Below are positions 23,301 to 34,902 of a DNA stretch of 64,000 bases, one piece after another. A model generated the notes under the pieces. It saw only the letters and a program-made list of their open reading frames with translations. It did not search any database and was not told the DNA's origin. Each line of letters opens with the position of its first letter. Positions within the stretch are counted from its first letter, which is position 1. Location: NCBI GenBank assembly GCA_965287045.1, contig OZ336885.1, forward strand, positions 37,820,001 through 37,884,000. Direction: 5' to 3'. The position numbers were made by a program, and so were the translations under genes. Source of the DNA: Carcharhinus amblyrhynchos. Its lineage: Eukaryota.

Positions 23301-26300
23301 CTGGCTAGCATTTATTGAACATCTGTGAGAGTACTTAAGAGTCAACTGCATTGTTGTGGATCTGCAGTCACGTGTAGGTCAGACCCAGTAAGGACAACAT
23401 ATTTCCTTCCCTAAAGGAAATTAGTGAACCAAATGGGTTTTGACAACAATCAACATTAGTTTAATGTTCGTCATTGGACTTTTAATTCCAGATTTTTATT
23501 GAATTCAAACTTCAACATCTGACATGGTGGGATTTGAACCCAGGTTCCCAGAGTATTAGCCTGGGTCTCTGGATTATTAGTCCAGTGACTACGCCACTGC
23601 CTCCCCAGTGTTCCACCTGAGGCTTCTGGTAAAATAGTTCACCCAACCATTCATTAATATATCCTTTGCTTCCTTTTACCCCTCCTTTTGTTATCAAGCT
23701 TCCCCTTATATGCAACTATTTTATTCACCACAGCTACTCAACAATTTATCAGATTTGACCTTCTAACCACACTCCTAAAAAATAATTTTCCTGAGTTCCT
23801 TATTAGATTGATTGGTAACTATCTTAAATTTATGGTCCCTAGCTTTGGACTCTCCCACAGCTGTATCAAACAACTGCTTTTTTTTCAGGGCATTTATTAC
23901 TTGTTAAGATAATTATATATCGAACAAAACTGTTTGAGTGAAACAGTTCAAAGTATGTCTTGTTTTTCAGCCCTAGTAAATATTAAACAGTTAGCAAGAT
24001 CAGGAAGGCAAAAAAGCAATAAACAAGAATAGAAAATATACAGTTGTAGGTCACTCACACAGAGGGTGGGATTTTTGGGCTGCGCTCGTCCCCAAAGCCC
24101 CGTGGCCAATGGACCCTTGCATGGTCCGGTGTCCTGCTACAGTTCCTGTGTTGGGCAGGACCGTAAAATTCTGCTCAAATTGTCTGAATCCAAGATTCCT
24201 CAAAATTTTGAATTCTTGAAATCTATCTTATAAATAATAATACATTTAACAAACTAGTCAATCTGCTTTCCCGAGAAAACTAACCAATGACATTGTGTGC
24301 AATTGTGCATTTAGCATAACTCATGAAAATGATCAAACTACAGCATCATCTTTTATCTCTGTGAAGTGATATTCAAACACATATAAATCATAGAATCCCT
24401 GGAATAAGCCCGTTTTTAAAATTGATCTTACCAAGGGAACTGAAAAGGAAAGAGTTTAGATTTTCCTAATGATAAATATATAAAGAATTTGATGGTCTCG
24501 AGGCACTAGCAAAATGTAAGACTGAAAAAACTGTCCTGACCAAGTTCAGGAAAGAGACAAAAGCAAATTACTGCAGATACTGGATTCAGAAATAAAATAG
24601 AAAATGCTGGAAAATCTCAGCAGGTCTGACAGCATCTAGGGAGGGAGAACAGAGCTAATGTTTTGAGTCTGGGTGACTCTTCATCAAAGCTGAAGACAAC
24701 TGGAAATAGGTTGAGATTTGTAGTGTTGTGGATGGGGGGAGAGGATGGCTGGACCTGTGGAGGCTGGATAGAGGGCTAGCGATAGGTGGAGGCAAGGGAG
24801 AGATCGACAAGTACATCATAGACAAAAAGATAAAGGGAATGTAAGTAGTGGTGATCATGGCTAAGAAAGGTGCCATTAGTGGCAAATTGAGAGATCAGAA
24901 TGTGTTAGTGGCAGAACAAAGGTAAATAGTGTGTCAAAGGACAACCTGGGACAGGTTTCGGAAAAGAGACATCTTGGACACATTATAAGAACTTATGAAG
25001 TAGAAAGTCTGGTGCCAATATGAAAGCTCAATGGTAAAAGAGATTGAGGTACACAAAAAACATTTTTTTAAAAGGAGGCTCCAAATTGGATGAACATATC
25101 AACAATGTTGAACCATGTCTCTAAAACAAAATCCATGGTCACCAACGCACTCTTAGGGCATTGTACCTGAAGACAAAGAGAAACTCTCAAGAAATATTTA
25201 TTCCTGGTAACTTTTAACTGAAAACAACTATAACATCTGAAGTTTGGCACAGTGATCTGAATTTGTGTGTTTTGCTATTCTGGATTCTTGATTATAATCT
25301 AAGTTTTGCTTGTGTACATTATTTTAGCAAAATGCCACATTGATGGAAGATTAAATAGACACTCAGCCTGTCCGGCCAATGACTTTCTCTCTGAAATCTA
25401 CAATGGCAGTGAACTATCAAGAAAAGAGTTATACGCTGCAATCACGGAGCTTCAGATTGGAGGAGTAGAAACGGTAATATCCTGACTGAAATCTATTTGC
25501 TGCTGTTGAGAATATCAGAAAGCTCAGAGCTAAATATAGAGAAATCACTTGGTGACAAACTTAGCTACTAAACATCAACTTGGCACACTGTTAGCATTCT
25601 CACCTTGGAGTCAGAATGATTTCATGCTCTTTCCTGATATTTGAATACATGATCTAGGTAGTTTGATGCTAAGGTAAGGCTGCATAGACAAAGGTGGTGG
25701 GGTAATTGTTCTAAGTGGAAATTTGGCTGACAGTGGGTACGTCCATTACATCACCTGCCCAATGTCACTGGCAGGAGGCCTGATCTATTTTCATGGTCAG
25801 ATCTCATGAAATTAATATCACTGAGCTGGAGGTGCTAAATGAGCATTGATAGATGGAATAGAATATCTACAATGCAGAAGGAGGCCAGTTGGCTCATCAA
25901 GCCTGCACCGAAAACAATCTCATCAAAGCCCCATCCCCTTAACCCCACGTATTTACCCTACTAATCCCTCTGACAACACTAAGGAGCAATTTAGCATGGC
26001 CAATCAACCTAACCTGCACATTTTTAGACTTTGGGAGGAAGCCAGAGCACCTGGAGGAAACCCACACAGACACGGGGAGAATGTGCAAACTCCACACAGA
26101 CAGTGAGCCAAGCCGGGAATCAAACCTGGGTTCCTGGCACTGTGAGGCAGCCATGCTAACCACTGTGCTACCATGCCATCCCATAATTTGCTACTTGGAA
26201 GATGGAGGTGAGGAATCCAACAGTTGAACTTACAGAACCTTGGGGTTGGGAGTTCGGAGGGAGCAAAATGGGAAATCGGTGGAAGGGCAGAGTGAATGGA

Positions 26301-29300
26301 GGGACAAGCAGTGGATAGGTTGATTTTTGAGAAGGAACATTCATTTCCCATAGGAAGCCCTTTGAATCCTATCTTGAATGTTTTCAGGGCAGCTTCTAAC
26401 AATCGGTCTCTGGTTCGGTCTCTGATTGCTCAATTCCACTAGGTTGAGACACAAAGTGCACTCCTCAGAAAGACAAACACAGACACATTTCAGGACTCTT
26501 ATTTTAATGAAGTTTTAGCCTGCTGACCGCCTAAGTTGAAGCTCTTTCAAAAATTGCGCTGGGTAGGTCTTTGACATGAATGAGTGACATTCTATTTAAG
26601 ATTTCCTCTTGAAACTACTGTTTTGACCCTGAAAATTGAGATGCATGAGTGTGTCTTTTGCATTCATGTGCTGGCCTCTCCTATGGGATGGGATGTTCAT
26701 GGAGGTTTTTCTTCTGTTAGTCCTTACACATATGTTACATAAAATGGGTCATGGATTCTAGACAAAGAAGCAACTTCTTATTAATGCTGTCAAGAGTAAC
26801 TGTTATCTAAGTGAAGGTCATCAAATGAAAGCTCTGCAAAAGGTCTATTAAAATTTTATGCTATTTTATATTACAGACTGCCAACAGTATGCTTTGGGCT
26901 ATTTTTAATCTCTCACGCAATCCCAAGGCACAAAACAAACTTAGTGAAGAAATATGTCGTGTGCTGTCCAAAGACCGGGCCCCAACTGCAGACGATATTA
27001 AGAAAATGCCCTACCTGAAGGCTTGCCTAAAGGAGTCTATGAGGTTTGCTTGGCCAGATTGCTGTTAATTTCCTTTCCAGCATTTTTGTATTTTTGTTTA
27101 TATTTCAGTCCTTCACGTTGAAATTTCCGATCCCACATTATTTGTTTGATCTATTTACATCAGATTTGGTTGTCGTATGAAGAAAGATTGGGTCAACTAG
27201 GCCTGTGTTCACTGGTGTTTAGAAGAAGGAGAGGGAATCTCATTGAAACACATAAAATTCGGACAGGGCAAGACAGACTGGGGGTGAGGAAGGGGAGGGG
27301 TGGAGGGCATCTAGAACAAGAGGCCATGTCTCAGGATATGGGGTAGATCATTTAGAACTGAGATGAGGAAAAACTTCACCACTCAGGGTGGTGAACCGGT
27401 GGAATGCTCAACCATATAATGTTGTGCAGGCTGAATGTATTGAAGGAAGAAATAGATTTCTAAACACCAAAGGTTTCAAGGGTTAAGGAGAGAGCAGGAG
27501 TATGGTGTTGAGATAAAAGACCAGCCATGATTACATTGAGTGGCAGAGCAGGCTCAATGGGCCAAGTGACCTACTCCTGCTCCTATTTTCTATATTTATA
27601 TATATCTAATACCAGTTAAAAAGTAGGCAGCTGTTCACAACTAGAAGGATATGTACACCATAGCAGCTTTCCTTGATCTAGCAGGCATTCAATACTTTTC
27701 TTACATAGTTTGATCAAGTTTGGAAACTTGTGCAGAATCCTGAAAGCAAACACTCTACAATGCATTCTATCATGCTACAGCAAGTACAATAAATTACACC
27801 ACTGAATTACAGTCGAACTGGTAAACTTTCAGCTTATAGCTTTGGATCATTTTAAGAATGAAACATGAATTGGTAATCTTATCTGGTAAAGTGTAGGATC
27901 TATTCTGTAGAGCATTATTTTACCAAACCAGAACTGAAGTAACTGATTTGATTTATTATTGTCACATCTACTGGTATACAGTGAAAACTATTGTTTCTTG
28001 CACACTATACAGACAAAGCACACCATACATAGAGAATTAAAAGAGAGAGTGCAGAATGTACAACATGTTTTATGACACTATTGTTTGCTCTGCTGTGATC
28101 ATTTAGATTCATTTTTTCTCAGAACTATTATGTATGTAATATCTTTATCATACTTTGACTTAGCACGCCTTTTTATCTTATGCAATCTTACTTGATTCCA
28201 ATTAATCTAATGCATGTTTTTACAAATAACAAGCGTTTTTTATTGAGAATATCACAATCTTGTTAAATATACGACTGTAACTAAATGCCTCACGTAGAAT
28301 GACAACTAATGTCAATTACCTGTTTAGGATTACTCCTTCTGTGCCCTTCACAAGTCGCACCCTGGATGAAGAAACTGTTCTCGGTGACTATTTGCTACCT
28401 AAGGGAGTAAGTATCAAGCAACATCCCAGACACAAACCAAAATATAGCCTGTTTTGCTGTTAACTCACTGACATTTTAACTCGTTCATAATCCCAGTTTT
28501 GAGGAGTTTCCATATTATTGTAATGACAAGAGACAGAATGTTACTACATCTCAAAAACAACCAGACAATGAATTAAGCTGGAAACTCTACAATTGTTATG
28601 TAGGCATAACAGAGCAGGTATTTTAGGCGTACCGTGTTGCACAAACAACAGTAAAATTAATTACCAGTTGACTTGTTTTTGGTGTTGCTGGTTAAGGTAC
28701 ATATATTGGCCAGGACATCAAAGATCTTGTTGCTCTTCTGCAAACAGAAATATAGGACCTTTAACAGTCACCTGAACTGGAATAAGCTAAAGGAATCTAG
28801 TTTTATTATCTCATCCAATGTACAGGCAACTCAGGCTGAATAGCTCTTATTTCAGTGATCACACTAAATTATATGTTCAAATAAACTTGCCACAATGATT
28901 TCTGAGCCAAGAGTGGTGCCACGTAAGCCAAGTTGTCACTTGACCGCAATTTATGTTGAGTACTTCTTTGAGAGATGAAGCATGTGACTGAGCAGTAGCT
29001 TCTGTTAAATAATCAAACTAGCGTCATGGGCAGGATTTAAGACCCATCCTGCCAGCAGGATCTTCTGGTCCCATTGAAAGCTAAGTCCCCCCACCCCATC
29101 CCTGTGCCCTCCTGGCAGATTCCCCGGTAGCAGGATGGGAGAGCAATACAAAACACTGTAGATATTGGCAGGACCAGAAGGTTCTGCTGGTTGCAATGGT
29201 GAGCCACTTCCACTGCTGGAAAACATGTCATGAGGGGAAGGGGGGAACTCACCACATGTCACTATTTATAATATTTTCAAAGCCAAAATCATGTTTATTA

Positions 29301-30005
29301 TCTAAATGTATCTAAAGCAGACAGATCGACATAAACTGAAAGAATTAGATAGTGAGAGGTAAAGAGAGAGGCAATCACATGTAGAGAGAGACCATCAAAT
29401 TTTCTTTCTAAATGTCCATGAACAATATTACTGGAGAAGAGCTAACTATTTATGAAAATGTGACAGTATTTCATTACTTATGTCATGGAAATGTGAACCT
29501 TAAGTCAGAGTTTAAAAAATGTGTTTTCAGAATTATACTTTTACACCAAATATAAGGGGAAATTACTTGTTTTCTTTTCCCCATAGACTATTTTAATGAT
29601 AAACAGTCATGCATTGGGGTGGAATGAAGAATATTTTGATGAGGGAATGCAGTTTAAACCTGAACGCTGGCTGCAGGATAAGCATACGATCAATCCCTTT
29701 GCACACGTGCCATTTGGTGTTGGGAAAAGGATGTGTATAGGTCGGCGACTAGCTGAACTACAGTTACAGTTGGCCCTCTGCTGGGTAAGTCATGTGGGCT
29801 GGGCATCATCATTATTGGTGCCAACAAAGTACAAGTGCAACTCTTAACCGGAGTCACAGCTATTTCTAACTCAGCGTTTTTTCTTTTACTGCAGTTGGTT
29901 CAAAAGTACAAAATAGTGGCTACTGATGTAGATCCAGTGGAAACATTGCATTCAGGGATATTGGTGCCTAATCGTGAAATCCCAGTTGCCTTCCAGATAC
30001 GTTAA
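14122..30005 (+). CDS. CYP24A1: CYP24A1, mitochondrial 1,25-dihydroxyvitamin D3 24-hydroxylase; join(14122..14343,14658..14848,15241..15334,16326..16422,18123..18214,19056..19167,25328..25473,26877..27043,28328..28406,29587..29784,29895..30005), 502 aa
   Basis: Continuous frame across 11 GT-AG exons. P450 motifs GGVETT, ESMR, PERW and [10 protein letters not shown] are present, with CYP24-specific [17 protein letters not shown] and [11 protein letters not shown]. Internal exon sizes 191/94/97/92/112/146/167/79/198 match remembered human CYP24A1. Confidence 0.97.
14658..14848 (+). CDS. CYP24A1: CYP24A1 exon 2
   Basis: ttcacag|[16 protein letters not shown]...[19 protein letters not shown]|gtgagt, 191 nt. 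Confidence 0.97.
15241..15334 (+). CDS. CYP24A1: CYP24A1 exon 3
   Basis: caccag|[31 protein letters not shown]|gtaagg, 94 nt. Confidence 0.96.
15329..15484 (+). repeat. 16-bp G-rich minisatellite (~9 units, consensus gggacattctggggaa) starting at the exon-3 donor
   Basis: Read directly from the sequence; period 16. Confidence 0.9.
16326..16422 (+). CDS. CYP24A1: CYP24A1 exon 4
   Basis: cctcag|[32 protein letters not shown]|gtaggt, 97 nt. Confidence 0.96.
17153..17896 (-). mobile_element. CR1/HER1-type LINE, 3' fragment (RT C-terminus)
   Basis: ORF 17304-17852 (LEYC...[22 protein letters not shown]...SYEEQL...[17 protein letters not shown]) and a cataagacatagg tail. Confidence 0.92.
18123..18214 (+). 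CDS. CYP24A1: CYP24A1 exon 5
   Basis: ttgcag|(T)[30 protein letters not shown]|gtaagt, 92 nt. Confidence 0.96.
18545..18740 (-). mobile_element. tRNA-derived SINE
   Basis: Reverse-complement B-box (gggaattgaaccc) and A-box (ccagctaact), with a typical shark SINE body. Confidence 0.55.
19056..19167 (+). CDS. CYP24A1: CYP24A1 exon 6
   Basis: tctcag|[37 protein letters not shown]|gtacat, 112 nt. Confidence 0.96.
20380..20575 (-). mobile_element. 3' end of a shark LINE family (also at 3560, 5270, 46285 and 54415)
   Basis: gggatgtgggcattgctggctaggcc...cctaattgccc...ccttcttgaactgctgcagtcc is repeated in several copies. Confidence 0.65.
23270..23606 (-). mobile_element. tRNA-derived SINE sharing its tail with the LINE above
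   Basis: Reverse complement of the element at 53320-53670; B-box gggatttgaacc. Confidence 0.7.
24558..24955 (-). mobile_element. Penelope-like element end (related pieces at 21938, 22830, 34750 and 54020)
   Basis: aaaagcaaattactgcagatactgg...gaaaatgctggaaaatctcagcaggtctgacagcatct...tcttcatcaaagctg. Family assignment and orientation are from memory. Confidence 0.55.
25328..25473 (+). CDS. CYP24A1: CYP24A1 exon 7 (I-helix)
   Basis: ttttag|(A)[48 protein letters not shown]|gtaata, 146 nt. Confidence 0.96.
25850..26180 (-). mobile_element. HE1-type V-SINE, near full length
   Basis: CR1-like tail, V-domain and tRNA head, all in reverse complement. Confidence 0.85.
26877..27043 (+). CDS. CYP24A1: CYP24A1 exon 8 (adrenodoxin-binding K-helix)
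   Basis: ttacag|[16 protein letters not shown]...[12 protein letters not shown](R)|gtttgc, 167 nt. Confidence 0.96.
27167..27600 (+). mobile_element. CR1-type LINE, 3' fragment
   Basis: [30 protein letters not shown] followed by a CR1 3'UTR (gggccaagtgacctactcctgctcctatt). Confidence 0.85.
28328..28406 (+). CDS. CYP24A1: CYP24A1 exon 9
   Basis: gtttag|[26 protein letters not shown]|gtaagt, 79 nt. Confidence 0.96.
28560..28930 (-). mobile_element. Decayed Deu-domain SINE
   Basis: atattggccaggacatc...tgctcttc...cacctgaac...tctcatcc matches the reverse-complement Deu consensus. Confidence 0.55.
29587..29784 (+). CDS. CYP24A1: CYP24A1 exon 10 (PERW and heme-binding Cys)
   Basis: ccatag|[11 protein letters not shown]...FKPERW...[25 protein letters not shown]|gtaagt, 198 nt. 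Confidence 0.98.
29895..30005 (+). CDS. CYP24A1: CYP24A1 exon 11 (last coding exon; stop TAA at 30003-30005)
   Basis: ctgcag|[36 protein letters not shown], then g|gtatgt donor at 30007. Confidence 0.96.
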   Translation: MVQKYKIVATDVDPVETLHSGILVPNREIPVAFQIR

Positions 30006-30106
30006 GGTATGTTTACACTGTTCTAAAATGTCATATACATAATAATGTATGTTACCCTTTTCCTTCAGTTTTCTCCTTTGCCTCTCCTTACATACTGTGT
30101 ACCAAT

Positions 30107-30290
30107 AGAAAGGATAGAAACCCTACAGTGCAGAAGGAGACCATTCGCCCCACTGAGTCTGCACTGCCAACAATCCCACCCATGCCTTGTAATCCCACGT
30201 CTACCCCACTAATCCCTCTAACCTATGCATCCCAGGACACTGAGGGTCAATTTAGCATAGCCAATGCATCTAAGCCACACACCTTTGTAC
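30107..30290 (-). mobile_element. HE1 SINE, 3' half
   Basis: tagaaaccctacagtgcagaaggagacc...caatttagcatagccaat. Confidence 0.7.
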
Positions 30291-33200
30291 CTTTGAATAC
30301 CTGATGTTGCACCTAAATAGACAGCTGGATTATACAAGGACGGAACTGATTTTTATTCTGAATATTTTTCTTTCCTTCTCTGCCCTGTTCTGTCAAATTT
30401 TATCACAAAATCGCTGGAGGTAATTTTTAATTTCATCATCTGTGGCAAAGCAAATTGCCCACTCATTCTCCTTTCTACCTTTAAGTTTCTCCTCAAAACA
30501 TTTGTTTCTTGATTAAGCTTTTCGTTACCAATTATAATATCCTTTTATATGCCTCTGTGTCAAATTGTGTTTGATAACACTATTGTGAACCACCTCAGGA
30601 TGCTTTTCCTTCATCCAAGGTGTGAGCTGAATACAAATTGTTGTGCGACCTTCGCAATCCTTGTCTCATTTGTGAGCAGTCATGATTCCATTAAATAGAG
30701 GAACAGGCCAATGATGTTGAATTATTTACTCCAAATCCTAAGGAATATGGGCTTTGGGACCTCAACATCAGGAGAAATTGGGTGTCCTAAGTGCATGTTT
30801 GCCGGCAGTGACAGTGGTGCAACAAATTCCCTGCAACTGACCACTCATTCACTGCCTCCAAGCTTCTCATCCATTTAAGAGCAGTGGGCAGGATGTAGAT
30901 GCCCTTGGCTCAGTCAGAGGATTGGGATCTCTGGAGCCATAGCAGCCCACTGAGAGGGGTGGGTTTGGTCAGACAGTTCTGGATTGAGAGAACACCTCAA
31001 TAGTGAGGTGCCCTGAGAGAGGTAAATGAAAAATTTAACATCAGAAGTTCAGCTCCTCCAGAGCCTTCTCTGTCTGAATCCCCCATTTTGTGGGACAAAG
31101 CTCCAGTTCCAATGTCACCCCTACCTATCCTGTCCCCTTTCCACCACTGTCCCCCCCCCCTCACCATCCTTCTCTCACGCGCCCCCCCCGCCCCCCCCGT
31201 CAAAGATGATCACAAAGAAGGTCTTGTCCATGAAGCTAGAGGCATCGCAAACCTGAGGGGAATGCTACCTCACTGCTGTCAAAACACCGACAGCCCAGGA
31301 AAAGCAGTCTTAATCTGACCTTTTAATGAGTGAAATTGTCTGCTCTCCTCTGTTCGGTGGATCTGTGTCAGGTCCTGCTGTTGGGAAACTCCATCTAGGA
31401 GCCATCCACTCCAAGCCTAGGAAAACCCTGACCCACTTTTCTGTGTTTTCGCAATGGGCAGGTGACCTGCTGCTGTGCCAGGTTACTGCCCAAGTGGCAA
31501 AAATTGAAATTGACTTCCACAATGTGAGGAATGGCTGAGGGAAGTCTAACATGCCGCCATTCCAAGAAACAAGGTCCATTGTGCAGGCAAATAAATTCAA
31601 AATGTGACTCTCCCTATAACAAATTTAGTAGTTTTTATTACCAGAGGGTTTTTGTTAAATAACTCTGAGTCATCCTGCATACATAAAAAAACAGTGGTGG
31701 ATTCCAAAGGTTGTGTAAACTTACTTGCTTATCTAAAATTAGAAGTAGTTTTCACAGAGCAGCACTGAGAGTGCAGGTTTTCCTACGTAGGGTGCAGAAC
31801 TTGCTGTGACAAGAGAAATGGACAAAAGGCAAATGGACTATAAAAAGTGCACTGGGGGTGGGGGGGATATTATAAAGGAGTGTGGGTTGGCGAATGGTTC
31901 ACCCCCTTCCCCCACATTCCTCTCTGATCTTGGAGGTAAAGGTGGTGTACAGCCTACCTGCTCCATGTCGGACTGTCCCCCTCCAGGTTGGACCATCCCA
32001 GTCCACGCCGGACTGTCACACAGCCATAACTTGCTGCGGACTGACTTAACAAGAGCAATGTGGGGCTTACACCCTTCACTGGGGAGGCCATCTTGCCCTT
32101 TGAGGCCTGCCTGTGGTCGACAGCATCAATTCTGGCAGTGCCAAGAGAGCGATGGTGGCCATTGCTGGGACTGCAAGATGAAATGAAAGAAAATCCAGGA
32201 ATCCATGGAACCAGTAAATGTGGGATTTTGAGCAGGATTGAGTTTAAGGCTGTGGGATGTGAGTAGGGTTCGCAAGAAAGTAGGGTCCAATCTTGAGGAG
32301 TGCAGCCCTTGAAGATTGAACCCCCATTACATCTGTTCTTTTGAAGTGTACAATTTTTAAAGATCAGACTTTCAGTTGCTCCTTGCTGAAACCTTTATGG
32401 CGTGGACAGTGTATTACCAGGGTCAGTTGGCTTGATAACATGCCTAATTCCTTCCTTGAATACCTATTTGAATATCGTGGGCAGGCTGTCAATTTCAGCA
32501 CCTGCTCTACAGCATATTGTGGGGGTGAGCTGTAGGGTGGGGGTGTGCACGTGGACCCTCACCTACATTCTAGCCCTCCTGCTTGAAAGCAGCTCATTGT
32601 GTCTTAGTCTGATAAAAGAGCATAGATAGAAAGCACTGAATATTTCAATGTAGAAAACTAGTATCATGTCGTTCTAATAATCTGTTATTAGTACAGCTGT
32701 TGCATCAGATCACATACTTTTTCTTTTCAGGAGCACAGTGATTCTTCGAGAGCACAGCCCAGTCTACACCTTTGCTAACGTCAGCGTTTTACAATCAGTC
32801 AAAAAGGCACTGCAAGGCCAAAAGAATGTTGTGGGAATGGAAAGATTACAACACATTCACTGACCCACAAAGGATTACAGCTTTTTCAGCCGTAAGGCTG
32901 GTCTGATAAGAAATTGAGTAATGCGGCAAGTTATTCTGTCAGACCTATTCACTGGGCAATGGCCCCTGCCTGTGAATGAAAAACTATAAGCACTATAACA
33001 TGCAGCATTTGATGCTTAATATACTTTAAAATCAGGATTTATATTATGATTGGCTCTAGTGCCACTTTTCCAATAGATGTTACAAAAAAACAGAAGGACC
33101 TCTGATGCTCTGGAAATGCTTGGCTGTTCTAGTGTTCTCCCATATGGAACTGCAGAAGTGCTCTGTTATTGCCAGAAATGAGGTGAGGGCTGCTAATGCT

Positions 33201-34461
33201 GCTTGGGCTTCTCCCTATTGTCAGCTGGAGGCAGATAATCTAGCCAACTTTGAAAAAAGTTATCTGGGAAATTTGGGATTCTGAACACGGGGAAAACTCC
33301 TGGGATCTTTTCTCCCTCCCAGATTAATGGGGAGGGGTTCATGGTAAAATATAATTTGTGTTGAAATTTGTCTTGGTAGTGTAAAATGGAATGTATCACA
33401 TTGGCTGTCTGTTGTACTCTCTGCCCAACGTTCAATCACATTGCAGTCAAAAGGCAGAATTTAATAGTTCTGGAAATGGGCCCATTACAATGGCTGGGGG
33501 GTGGGGATGCTGGTGGAGCTGGGAGAAACCCATTTTGGAAGCCCATTTGGCTTAAATTATCCATTGGATGCTGCTGAGGTTCATGACAGCACCACGGATA
33601 ATTTCCCTGGTGTAAGATGGATGTCCCGATCCCAAGAATGTGACTCTCCATTACTGACAGTGCCATCGGGAGCAGTGGCCACTTCTGGTCCTGCAGAGGG
33701 GCCTACTAGAAGGACCATTGTTAGAGCCTGTAAGCCACGATGGATGGAGCGTGATCACTGGGGCACTTAGGATGTCCTGGAGAGGAGATGTAAGGGAGTT
33801 GCTATCGGGGGCAGGCTTCCCAAGAGTCCCTCCATCCACTGACAGGTCCCTCTGTTGGGATCAGGATGCCCAGGAAAGCGGTATTTCCTATGTGCCCATG
33901 GGCCCAAGCAGGTCTACCTCTCAGTTGTCCCACATGACACATATCCTGCCTGCTGCTAGATTCTACAACCAGCAACATTAGATTAAAACCCTTAACTGGG
34001 TCTTTGGTGACCACTTCAATTAACTTCTGGCTGGTAAGCCCTTCCCACTCCGGACTTAATCAAGAGGAGTCAGGAAGGCTACAGTCACCGCTCTCATCGT
34101 TTGCTGTACGGCTCTCTTCTACTTTCCAACTTGCCTCCCAGGACCATCAAATACCACCCAATAGAATTGAACATGTGATGGGGCATACAATAGACACTCC
34201 ATGCAACACCGTCCAGAATAAATCTCCACTGACTGTTTGTTGCACTGAACAGTATATCTACAGCAAAAACTTTGCTATAGAAAAATGGTACGGCTTAGAA
34301 TATTATTTCTCTTTGAATTACATTCATGCGACAAATCAAGGTTTAGAATTATGTTTTAATCTTTCTAGTTATTGAAGAACTGTCAGTTATTGAACCACCT
34401 GCCCAAGACAAAAATAACAATGTACACTTCAATTGTTTGTTTTGCTGACAGAAAACTTAAC

Positions 34462-34477
34462 AGTTAAAAACTCAGGG
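34462..34477 (+). promoter_or_regulatory. miR-125 family target site (7mer-m8 plus 3' supplementary pairing)
   Basis: CTCAGGG at 34471-34477 pairs miR-125b nt 2-8; AGTTA at 34462-34466 pairs nt 13-17. Confidence 0.55.
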
Positions 34478-34559
34478 TTTTGGCAATGTATTGGTCAACT
34501 CTGTACAGCTGAAGAGATTTTTATTTTTTGATCTGTAAAAGTCTTTGCTATTAAACAAT

Positions 34560-34565
34560 AATAAA
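34560..34565 (+). terminator. Polyadenylation signal AATAAA
   Basis: Flanked by two ATTAAA and followed by T-rich sequence. Confidence 0.6.
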
Positions 34566-34776
34566 ATGCATTAAAGTAATATATATATTTTTTATTCAAC
34601 TGCATTTACCAAACCGTTCAAAATATTTCTGATGTTAGGACAATATCAAGTCACTTGCACAAGATATGTTCCTGATTTTCTTCAAAATTTCTTTTATATT
34701 TCCTCTCATAAAGCTGCAGGAAAACAGTGCATGTTCAAGATTTAGTCAAAGTACAGTGGATGCTGGAATCTGGAAC

Positions 34777-34902
34777 AAAAACAGAAAATGGTGGAAAATC
34801 TCAGCAGGTCTGACAGCATCTGTGGAGAGAGGAACATTGGCTCTATTCTCTCTCCACAGATGCTGTCAGATCTGCTGAGATTTTCCACCATTTTCTGTTT
34901 TT
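34777..34902. repeat. Inverted repeat with 55-bp arms (16-nt loop) built from Penelope-like termini
   Basis: 34777-34831 is the reverse complement of 34848-34902, with one G:T mismatch. Confidence 0.9.

Larger units (their letters stand above)
32731..34590 (+). other. CYP24A1: Probable non-coding exon 12 / 3'UTR of CYP24A1
   Basis: Strong acceptor cttttttcttttcag ending at 32730 (a weaker alternative ends at 32798). AT-rich end with ATTAAA 34550, AATAAA 34560 and ATTAAA 34570. Mammalian CYP24A1 has a UTR-only exon 12. Confidence 0.6.

Noticed and set aside
14122-30005. Alternative identity as CYP27A1/B1/C1 or a pseudogene
   Set aside because: The 11-coding-exon structure and motifs such as [15 protein letters not shown] are CYP24-specific. 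The frame is intact and all splice sites are canonical.
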